Part shown: piece by piece, positions 53,951 through 64,000 of the stretch
Numbering within the stretch: the first letter of the stretch is position 1
Layout: each line of letters starts with the position of its first letter
Notes under the pieces: model-generated
The model's database searches: none
The model's input: only the letters and a program-made list of their open reading frames with translations
What the model was told of the DNA's origin: nothing
Source of the DNA: Eledone cirrhosa
Lineage: Eukaryota
Assembly: GCA_964016885.1 (NCBI GenBank)
Contig: OZ024744.1
Location: 71,858,001-71,922,000 of the forward strand
Reading direction: 5' to 3'
Length of the DNA stretch: 64,000 nucleotides
Made by a program: the position numbers and the translations under genes

Positions 53951-54350
53951 CAGGTCACCAGTTGGTGCTACTGGTAACATGTATCCCAGTACAACCCGTC
54001 TCATGGTCGGGCCGTTGGCGACTAAACTGGCAACCCCACCAAGGTTTCTTGGTGAGGAGGGTGACTTTGGACATCCTGCAGGACTAAAAACAAAACCTGT
54101 CAAAGGGCAAAGGAGCTCTTAAGAGTTAATGGCCATCCAAAATCACCGGGAGAGATGACCCCTTAGCCTTTGTCAAGGCAGAATTCTAGGAGAAGGAAAA
54201 CTCTGATATAACACCTGCAACCCTGATGGTATCCAATGATGTTGACTTGTTCTTCTTTTTGGTAAATATCATCTTGGTTAAGAGAGTGGGACTGGCTTTG
54301 TGCAGTGCTTTTGCTCACTATAAAAGCTTCACGGCACAGGCATTGCTTTA
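53951..54350 (+). mobile_element. Non-autonomous RTE 5'UTR-like repeat following (ATGT)n
   Basis: Homologous to 39830-40380; contains ctaggagaaggaaaactctga. Confidence 0.6.
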
Positions 54351-54881
54351 TATCTGGATATCTCTCTGCACTTGTCGTCACATGGTACCATGGGCCCAGC
54401 ACTATGTGTCAATATTTGTCACAAGTGTAGTGTTTGTACCAGAGTTTTCAAGTCGCTGGCTGGACTAAAAAGTCACACTTGTTCAGCGCATCTGTAGGGG
54501 TTCTCCTACATGGATATAAAGTAGTGGCCGTACTCGAAAACGAGTTGGCAGCCACCATGTATGTATGTATGTAAGTGTGTATGTATATATGTATGCATAT
54601 ATGTATGTATGCATGTATGTATGTATGTATGTATGCATGTAAGTATCTATATGCGTGCTTGTTTGTGTATGTATGTATGGGTGTGTATGTTTGTATGTAA
54701 ATATGTATGTATGCATGTACGTACTTATGTATGTGTTTATGCATGTATTTATGTGTGTATAGTTGTATATATGTGTGTCTATGCGTCTATACATTTATAT
54801 ATATATATATATATATATTCATCTAAACAACAAGAGAAGGACGGACTGGAAAATTTACTTTAGAATTATAATTCTACAAAA

Positions 54882-54960
54882 GCCCTATATATATTTCGAT
54901 TGCTCAGCTCTATGATCCGATTATGATGCGAGGCAAGGCTATGTGATTTCATCAGGTGTT
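54882..54960 (-). ncRNA. Decayed hammerhead motif of the GAAA-TATATA-TA family
   Basis: CTGATGA-[about 50 nt]-GAAA-TATATA-TA close to (TA)n; stems I and II poorly paired. Confidence 0.4.
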
Positions 54961-55562
54961 ATTTACAGAATTATGTAACAGGATTACATAGAATAGAAGA
55001 TAGGAGATAGAAAAAATAGATGATAGAAAATAGAAAACAGTGGACCCATTCGATTCGGGGACAGCCTGCTAATTTGGTGGTATATCGAACGTAGACGAGA
55101 ACCATCCTATATCGATATAACTAGTCGTCAGAAGAAATCGTCTCATTAAGTACAAAAATACTTTTATATTTGTCATGGTCCGAGAAATAATCAATCCATA
55201 ACTCCTGGTGTGAGTTAATTTTTAACAGTGACGGCAAATACAATGAGGATTGGACGTCGCGTACGCTAGAAAGAGGTGCGGTATACCAGTCACAGCACAT
55301 GTAGCCCAACAAACTGATAATTTACAGCAGATATATATATTAATTTAAAGTATTATAACATTTATAATATGTATGATGGTTATGCTTCTCAGCAGAAAGG
55401 CTCAATGGACATTTGTCCAGAGCATCAATAATTCAAATTTAAAAAAATATATGTATATAACCATATACCATTAGAGCAACACGATACTTTCATTAAAATA
55501 TTAAAATTTAATTCCCTGAAAACACGATACATATTTCAATGGTCCAGTTTCATCATCCGATC

Positions 55563-55750
55563 ATAATTGTTTCTACCTTTGGCACAAGGCCAGCAATTAC
55601 CCAGTACATTACTGGTACTTTATTTTATCGACCCCGCAAGGATGAAAGGCAAAGTCAACCTCAGCGGGATTTGAACTCAGATTGAAAAGGGACGTAACTA
55701 TGCTGGAAAGCATGGCGTCCGACCCTCTACCGATACTGCCAACCCACCGC
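55563..55750 (-). mobile_element. SINE family A
   Basis: Full head, core and tail; flanked by a direct repeat catcatccgatcataat (TSD-like). Confidence 0.9.
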
Positions 55751-55979
55751 CAACATCATCCGATCATAATGCAAGACTTTCACAATTTCATCAGGAAGAT
55801 TCCAGTTAGGCCTTTTGCTGTCTTTAATGAATATTCAACTATATTTCTGCACCAGCCACGAGGTACTACATTTACGATGGATGATCTGCATAACGTGGAA
55901 TACTTTGATTTATTGTATCATCAATTACTAACTGGAATCACCAGTTCTGCCCATTGGTAAACAACATAACATAAATGGC

Positions 55980-56014
<35 letters not shown>

Positions 56015-56899
56015 GTGTGTGTGTGTATGTGTGTGTTTGTATGTATGTATATGTGGGGTGTGTGTATGTGCGCGTGTGTGTGTGTGTGATCTTGTATGTG
56101 TGTCTGTATTCTTATCATACCCACGAACCTCTATTAGAGACACAATTTATCGTGTGTTACTGGTGAGTATTAGCTACGACCAGCAATCCTTTCTTTGCCT
56201 GGTAGCTACGGTGAAGGAAGATGAAGTTATGTTCTGAGGACAGAAGTTTTACACAAAGTCCCAGCTCTTATCATCTTCATCAATTAAGATGATGATTGAT
56301 TATTGAGTCTCTAAGTTCCGGTTTGTTTTACGAAAGGTGGGCTGGAGTAGCGAAATTGTTACGGTTAAACGAGCCTACTATGTGAATGTTAACGTGTGAC
56401 AAGAAAATGAAGTAGGACTTGTTTTAATTTGATGAGCCTCAGTAATCCGGGATATAACATCACGTTTTCCACAGATTTACTCAAAGTGCTTCCTCTTCTC
56501 TTAGCGGTGTTTGGTTGTTGACATTTTATCTTTAGGTTGTTTTTGTTTATTTCACCTTAGTTTTATTTGATGTAAACTCTATTTTGAAAACCAACTGACA
56601 CGTCTATATTTTTAATGTTCCGCATCATGAGAGTCAGTCTTCTCACGAAACAATCATTAATATTTCCTAAATTTTTGTATTGGATAGGAAGCCGACGAAA
56701 TTTTAGGCAGCGGGGAGATGAAATAGAAAATAGTTATGATTTACTTCAAATAAAAGGTAAGTCAAATAAAGAAAAATAATACTTCAAAATATAATGTCGA
56801 CAGCAAAATATCTCCAAAGAAAAAAAAGGAACCACATAGAGTAAGATGCTACAAAATTTGACACTATCTTCCGAAATAATCCGTCACAAAAACAAAGAG

Positions 56900-57870
56900 A
56901 AATAGACAATAGTTAAGTCAGAGAGAGCCTGTACCAGAAACCCCATTTACGGACTTCTCGGATGCAATCCCAAGGATAAGAAGTGAATGCACCGAATCTT
57001 GTAGCTCTGAGGACAGCTGTAGGATACAACTGCTTTGACAATTCATATGATTTAGATTGATCTAAATATTTCAAAGTCCCTGTTAAACAATATCTTGGAA
57101 CCAACGGCTCAACTGTGTATCGGGTGAGGTGGTAGCTGCCGTAGCTATATGCGCCGAGAATCACATATATTTGTGCATTTCTAACCAGAGTACCGATATC
57201 ACGTTTCAGTCGCTTAGCGAACACATTTGCCAAAATATTAAAGTCTGTGTTGAAAGCTCTGAAGTTATTAATCATGTCCCTTTATTCAACTTCTTTCACT
57301 GCAGCTTCACCAAACCTCAGCTCGCGTGATTAGAAATGTTCCAAGTCTGCTGCCAGTTGTGTTAGATATTTACTAAGACACTAGTGAGCAAGTCTGGCAC
57401 GTGACTGTAAAGTTCGTACGTTAGATCTGCTATTTACGTCGATATGTCCATGACACAGCTACCCGGCTCATGCGCTACATCATTTGTTTAGATCGCTTAT
57501 TTACAACATTCCGCCTTTTTGATCGAAAGTTGCTACTAACCATCTACACAGGTATCAAATCTACCGAGTCTTCTCTATAGCTTCTCATCTCATAAACAAT
57601 TCCGCAAACATACGTTTGCAATCTGATATCATATGCTCGCTCGACTCACCAAAGATCAAAGTCCAAAACCAAAGCATGGCTCTGTTTCCAAGTTATGCGC
57701 TTCCCATACCGAATCTCATATGACGGTGTTTGCTTCCTTGTTTTTCAGTGCTCGCGACCTTGTAGAGATACCAATCATTCCTGGTGCGCGTCGAAGAAAC
57801 AGTATTTGTGTGTGTTTGTGCAGGTCATTCACATACTCAGACCCTGTATTTTGTAAGGGTCGTTATTCTT
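56900..57870 (-). mobile_element. Heavily decayed Tx1/L1-type RT fragment
   Basis: NNFRAFNTDFNILANVFAKRLK..LVRNAQ..LDQSKSYE resembles RT subdomains 1-3. Confidence 0.7.
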
Positions 57871-58614
57871 TTTTTTTTTTTCGTCTTGTCTAAATTGACT
57901 GCCCATATCAAGAGGTTTGTTGTCCAAGTAGCCAATTAATTGAAACTGTTGACAAATTAGCATCAGCGGTCAACTGAATGAACTTGAGCTAGATGACCCT
58001 CTACATTGGTTTGTCCAATCAGCATTGGTTTGTTTAGGAAATTCATTCGGAATCTGTCTGTTAGTAGGAAATGCCAGATCAAGATGGTAAGGTTTCCCAC
58101 TTCTTTCGTTAATTGACCCTCCTCCCCAACATACACACAGACACTCCTAGAAAGGAAGGTCTCTAGAGGTCAGATGAATTCCAATAATCTACCTTCATTG
58201 TTGTTTTCGTTGTTGTTACTGCTGTTGTCGCTGTTATTGCTGTCGTTGCTGTTGTTGTTTTTGTTGTTTTTATTGTTGTTGTTGTTGGTGGTGGTGGTGC
58301 TTTCTCGGCTACGTTCTATAGCCATCCAACTGGAGCTGGTATTTGCCACATTCTTATTTGTTTGAAGATACGCTGGTACTGCAGTTAGTAGCTTTCTTTC
58401 CAGAAGTTAACAATAACACTAACACAGCGTGGTTCAAAATAAAGGTGGACCAGTATACAATATTTTATTTATAATAAACATAATATAATCTTATTGTATT
58501 TTATTGTGTTCATATCGTAGTTACTTCAGTGATTATTGTAAGAGTGCAGGATTAATATCCATCTTCACCAGACGCTTACTTACACCATGAGAACCTTCTC
58601 CTGCTCCTCCTACT

Positions 58615-58985
58615 CATCATCATCATCATCACCATCATCATCATCACCATCATCACCATAATCGTTTAACATCCGCTTTCCCTGATAGCAAAGATTGGAT
58701 GAGTCTACAATGACCAAGTCAGTACTAAAGAGAGGATACTAATCTCCCGGGCAAACCGGGTGAGATGGAGTGAGGTGAGGCCCTGTATCTCAGTTAAGTA
58801 TGGTCATACGTTCTATTGAGTGCACGGGGGAGGTCGCCATGTCTTTGACACAGCTGAATGGTCCCCTCAACTTTTTGTTTGGAACGCTGTCTATGACTGG
58901 ACTCCCTTCCTAACACCGACCACTTTACAGCGTGTACTGAGTGCATTTATAGAGTAGATCACCAACATCAGCAAGGCTGTCATGT
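58615..58985 (-). mobile_element. Degenerate SINE-like repeat with (GAT)n tail
   Basis: (CAT)n followed by cgtttaacatccgctttcc and cccttcctaacaccgaccacttt; family recognised from memory only. Confidence 0.45.
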
Positions 58986-59097
58986 CGTTAAAACAACTTA
59001 AGGGTCTCCCCAACCATTTGTTTGGCAAGCTTTCTACGACTGGGTGCCTTTAGAAATTTTGTAAATAAACTATTTTTGTTGAAAGCTTATTTACACA

Positions 59098-59282
59098 TAA
59101 TTGATTCTACTTTTGGCACAAGACCAGCAATTATCCCAGTACATTACTGGTACTTTTATATCGAGCCCTTAAGGATGAAAGGCCAAGTTAACCTCGGCGG
59201 GATTGGAACTCAGATCGAAAAGGACCGTAACTCTATGCAGCAAAGCATGGCGTCCGTCCCTCTACCGATACTGCCAATCCAC
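59098..59282 (-). mobile_element. SINE family A; further partial copy at 59715-59835
   Basis: Reverse complement of head, core and tail. Confidence 0.85.
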
Positions 59283-59865
59283 GATAGGCTAGAATTAATA
59301 AGTGATATCACTAATACAACATGATTTAAAATAAAGGAGCAAATGAACTTATTTACAATATTTTTGTAAAATAAACATACATGTTATATTACTGTAACCA
59401 CTTTAAACTGTTATCATATATATATCTATCAAAGAAATTTTAGAAATATGAAGCCGCTGTGTTAGCATATAAAATGACAAATTTTTACGTAAGAGGTTGG
59501 AAAACTGATAGGTAAGTTAACTCGTGTTACTACAACTCTCTTCTCCAACATTGAAGTAGGAATGTTTTCAAAATTTTAGCAGAGGGAATCCTTAGAAAGG
59601 GGAATCAAACTACTCCCTCCATACCTGCCAACCTCTAAAAACTCAAACGGGGAGTACCATGAAAAGAATTGCTCCAAAACGGGGAGAAATGGAGCAAAAT
59701 GGGTAGATTTTACATAATTGTTTCTACTTTTGGCACAAGGTCAGCAATAACCCAGTACATTACTGGTACTTTATTTTATCGACCCCCGTAAGGATGAAAG
59801 GTAAAGTTGACCTCGGCGGGATTTGAACTCAGAATGGAAAGAAGACATCTCTCACCCACCCTAAG

Positions 59866-60409
59866 TGTAGATTCGGAAGCTAAACAGACTTATCCAAAAA
59901 AGCCTCTTGGCTTTTCCATTTCCCATTTCACAAAGTTTACTTGGTCAAGTTTACTTGGTCATCTAAGGAAGGTAATAATTACAATCATGGTAGGTCTTTG
60001 TCAGAATGAGCGAACAAGGTTAGAGAAAAACTCAGCGGCGGGCGGTCAGCGTGAATATGTCTGATGTCATATTATCAACAATTCCCCTTCCGCAACGCAG
60101 GGACAAAACAATAATAGATACCCAAGAAAGATCGTTGGATAATATCCATGAGTTTGGCTAGTCTCGCTTGGGGATCAAGAAGAAGAAGGAGGAGAGGGGG
60201 TGGGGAGAAGATGAAGAAGAAGAAGGGGAGGAGGAGGAGGAGGAGGAGGAAGAGGGGGGGGGTGAGAAGAAGAAGAAGAAGAAGAAGAAGAAGAAGAAGA
60301 AGAAGAAGAAGAAGAAAGCTATACTCTATATCTAGCAGGATGTAGATTCGGAAGCTAAACAGACTTATCCAAAAAAGCCTCTTGGCTTTTCCATTTCCCA
60401 TTTCACAAA
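59866..60409. repeat. Exact 69-bp direct repeats (59866-59934 and 60341-60409) bracketing about 400 bp that includes a (GAA)/(GGA) tract
   Basis: tgtagattcggaagctaaacagacttatccaaaaaagcctcttggcttttccatttcccatttcacaaa occurs twice. Confidence 0.93.
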
Positions 60410-60441
60410 TATTCATAATAATTAAATTATGAAAATAAAAA

Positions 60442-60472
<31 letters not shown>

Positions 60473-60741
60473 TAAAACCCACCACACACACGAGAAGAAG
60501 AAAATTGCCACTGCGTTGAATAACGGCAGTTATCGCTATTTTACAGCCATGGACACTGTGTACAGTAAAAGACGTAATAACAACAAATATATGAATAAAA
60601 GATGAAAATAAAAATAAATTAAAACTGACGTAAATGCTAATGTTTTAACTAATAACCGGCAAGCACCCCACGTGTAAACACACATGTCAAATCAACACCT
60701 AACATTCAGCTCAAACGTCTATAGGATAGGCAACGTAAGAA

Positions 60742-60789
<48 letters not shown>

Positions 60790-60791
<2 letters not shown>

Positions 60792-62184
60792 TTTCTTTAT
60801 TAACCACAAGGGTTTACATAAAGTAGACATTAAGGACAGTGCAGGACAATGCAGGACGGTACAAATGGGCATTTCTGCGTGTAAAAAAACAAAAACAGAG
60901 GATGTAACAAAAATAACAATGAAAATAACAATGAAAAATTCCCCAATAGGGGGGAGACTTCGGAGGGACATTTGTGGAGAAAGCCCAGTAAAAAGCCACA
61001 ATGACCCTGACCACCAAGGCAAGTGCCCTCTCCCAGTTTTCCACCTTTAGTTTACAGATATATACTCAGAGTCGGCCCATTCACTCGGGCCATTCTTGCT
61101 TCTCTCACCCATCTTTCAACAAAATGCTGGGAAGAGAGCACTTCCTTCTCTACTCTGATTTTCCTTTTCAAATGAAATTTGAAAAAGTCAATCAGAGCAT
61201 CACCGAAGAGGTAAGTGCTCGTCTTCAGCCCTTTCAAACGTGTCCACCATACTATCTCTTTCGCCATGGCCACCAGACAGATAAAAACTGCCTGCCCTTC
61301 CCGGCTAAAGGAGGAGGGCGGGGCAATCCTCACGATAGACTCAGATGATAGCTGGATCCGTCCTAAACGCGACAGCAGGTGTTCGACATAAACCCACAAG
61401 TCAGCAATTTTCGGACACTGGACGAGTGCGTGCAGGACGGTTTCGTCGCCCTGCGCGCATCTCGGACATGCCCGGCTGACGGCACCTCCATGCCTGTAGA
61501 GTTTATCCCGAACTGGCAAGGCTCCTCGGTAGCACTTCCAGGCCAGAGATTTCTGGAAGTTGTCCATAGGCCCTGGCCCGAAAGTTCTTCCGAAGAGATT
61601 GGCTAGTTGATTTTCGTCGACGCCTAGAGTTTCCCCAAGTACGTCGTCGCTCTTCCCCTCCACTAATCCTCTATAGAACGCCGAGGTGGAGTTTCCACCG
61701 ATCACATTGCCCGATTGGTCGAGGGCTGTGAGCGCCTGAAGACATTCCAGTCTCCAGGCGCTCCCTCTCGGTCTTCGCTTGACCCAGGACTGCAGCTCCG
61801 TCAAGGAAACGAGCTGGGGAAAAACGCGTCTAGCAAACGGCGACCACACCTGATCACCGTCGAGGAATAGGTGGAGATGTCGTAGCCTGAGCGCGTGCCT
61901 GCGCATCATCAGCCACGGCATGCCCAGCCCTCCACGTAGCGGGTGTTGACAACAGATGGACCGCCTGACCATCGGAGCACGTCCCTTCCACAAAAAGCGA
62001 AAGAGCAAACGCTCCAGCGCAGTCAGGCGAGGCTTAGGACAAGGTACGACGGTTAGGCGGTAGCAGATGACAGACGCGATGTACGCGTTAGCCACCTCCG
62101 CTCGACCTTTCAGGGATAGCTTCCTCTCGGCCCATTTCTGGGTGAGAGAAACCACCCTGCTCGTCACCTCGTCCCAGTTTTTGT
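60790..62184 (-). mobile_element. 5'-truncated young Tx1/L1-type LINE with open C-terminal ORF2 (61052-62167)
   Basis: W..RKLSLKGR, FRFLWKG, GGLGMP, LAWKCYRGALPV, CPRC..ETVLHALVQC; (AAT)n on both sides. Confidence 0.94.
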
Positions 62185-62211
62185 AATAATAATAATAATA
62201 ATAATAATAAT

Positions 62212-64000
62212 GATTTCTTTATTAATCACAAGGGTTTACATCAAGTAGACATTAAGGACAGTGCAGGACAATACAGGACGGTACAAATGGGCATTTCTGC
62301 GTGTAAAAAAACAAAAAAAAAACAGAGGGTGTAACAAAAAATAACAATGAAAAATTCCCCAATAGGGGGGAGACTTCGGAGGGACATTTGTGGAGAAAGC
62401 CCAGTAAAAAGCCACAATGACCCTGACCACCAAGGCAAGTGCCCTCTCCCAGTTTCCACCTTTAATTTACAGATATATACTCAGAGTAGGCCCATTCACT
62501 CGGACCATTCTTGCTTCTCTCACCCATCTTTCAACCAAATGCTGGGAAGAGAGCACTTCCCTCTCTACTCTGATTTTCCTTTTCAAATGAAATTTGAAAA
62601 AGTCAATCAGAGCATCACCGAAGAGATAAGTGCTCGTCTTCAGCCATTTCAAACGTGTCCACCATACTATCTCTTTCGCCATGGCCACCAGACAGATAAA
62701 AACTGCCTGCCCTTCCCGGCTAAAGGAGGAGGGCGGGGCAATCCTCACGATGGACTCAGATGATAGCCGGATCCGTCCTAAACGCGACAGCAGGTGTTCG
62801 ACATAAACCTACAAGTCAGCAATTTTCGGACACTGGACGAGTGCGTGCAGGACGGTTTCGTCGCTCTGCGAGCATCTCGGACATGCCCGGCTGACGGCAC
62901 CTCCATGCCTGTAGAGTTTATCCCGAACTGGCAAAGCTCCTCGGTAGCACTGCCAGGCCAGAGATTTCTGGAAGTTTTCCATAGGCCCTGGCCCGAAAGT
63001 TCTTCCGAAGAGATTGGCTAGTTGATTTTCGTCGACGCCTAGAGTTTCCCCAAGTACGTCGTCGCTCTTCCCCTCCACTAATCCTCTATAGAACGCCGAG
63101 GTGGAGTTTCCACCGATCACATTGCCCGCTTGGTCGAGGGCTGTGAGCGCCTGAAGACATTCCAGTCTCCAGGCGCTCCCTCTCGGTCTTCGCTTGACCC
63201 AGGACTGCAGCTCCGTCAAGGAAACGAGCTGGGGAAATACGTGTCTAGCAAACGGCGACCACACCTGATCACCGTCGAGGAAGAGGTGGAGATGTCGTAG
63301 CTTGAGCGCGTGCCTGCGCATCATCAGCCACGGCATGCCCAGCCCTCCACGTAGCGGGTGTTGACAACAGATGGACCGCCTGACCATCGGAGCGCGTCCC
63401 TTCCACAAAAAGCGAAAGAGCAAACGCTCCAGCGCAGCCAGGCGAGGCTTAGGACAAGGTACGACGGTCAGGCGGTAGCAGATGACAGACGCGATGTACG
63501 CGTTAGCCACCTCCGCTCGACCTTTCAGGGATAGCTTCCTCTCCGCTCATTTCTGGGTGAGAGAAGCCACCCTGCTCGTCACCTCGTCCCAGTTTTTGTC
63601 CGTCTGGAGGTCAGGACCGAACCAGACCCCTAGCAATTTAACCGGTCCGTCCGTCCAGCGTCCGACGACGCTGTTGGACGGCATGGACCTGCCTCTCCAG
63701 GTGCCGAGCTGCTGGCCCACTGACTTTTCCTGGTTGATCATTGCTCCTGTCACCGCTTCGTATTCACTTAGTGTAGTGCCGATCGCCTCGATGTGTTTGG
63801 CGTTCGACACCACTACGGTGACATCGTCCGCATATGCTGACACGGATCTTCCGCATCCTAGTTCGCGCGGGACGCCCCTCAACGTCTCCAGTTTGTGCAG
63901 TAATGGCTCGAGAGTCAATACGTACAAGAGGGACGAGAGGGGAGATCCTTGGCGGACCGAGCGCATGATGTTGAACGGTTCCGACAGGTGACCTTTCACT
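62212..64000 (-). mobile_element. Second tandem copy of the same Tx1-type LINE including RT core; runs off the window
   Basis: SVRQGSPLSSLLY, SAYADDV, KLLGVWF; highly similar to 60790-62184; two Trp-to-stop mutations near 63547 and 62809. Confidence 0.95.

Noticed and set aside
55121-55312. ORF as host exon or Helitron helicase remnant (F*RTRRPILIVFAVT resembles FKR.QFP..LAFAMT)
   Set aside because: Similarity is short and broken by stops; it needs a translated search before any call.
62805-63550. Two TGG-to-stop changes as recoding or deaminase hypermutation
   Set aside because: Only two events, and the sister copy has TGG at both, so ordinary decay explains them.

Overview
AT-rich, microsatellite-saturated eukaryotic non-coding DNA. 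The repeat content suggests an octopod cephalopod (inference, not a database match). I find no credible host gene; most ORF-track entries are microsatellite translations or antisense shadows. Recognisable content: a decayed Penelope-like element (PLE; RT + Zn finger + GIY-YIG) at the left edge; several R4/Dong-type restriction-like-endonuclease LINEs; Tx1/L1-type LINEs in (AAT)n or (GATA)n tracts; RTE fragments; about 20 tRNA-derived SINE copies; a mariner deletion derivative; hAT MITEs; a non-autonomous Helitron; and a 45-bp minisatellite. The main unexplained signal is a set of short non-coding islands inside (TA)n tracts carrying type I hammerhead ribozyme motifs (CUGANGA-stem II-GAAA-palindromic stem III-UH-stem I). 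There are about a dozen motifs, from intact to decayed. Several form head-to-head palindromes (perfect 92-bp and 151-bp arms) with both ribozymes pointing outward into the (TA)n. This looks like a family of non-autonomous PLE-derived, retrozyme-like elements. A second signal is that the dominant SINE shares its 3' tail with the local Tx1-type LINE. All structures were read by eye and none were computed.
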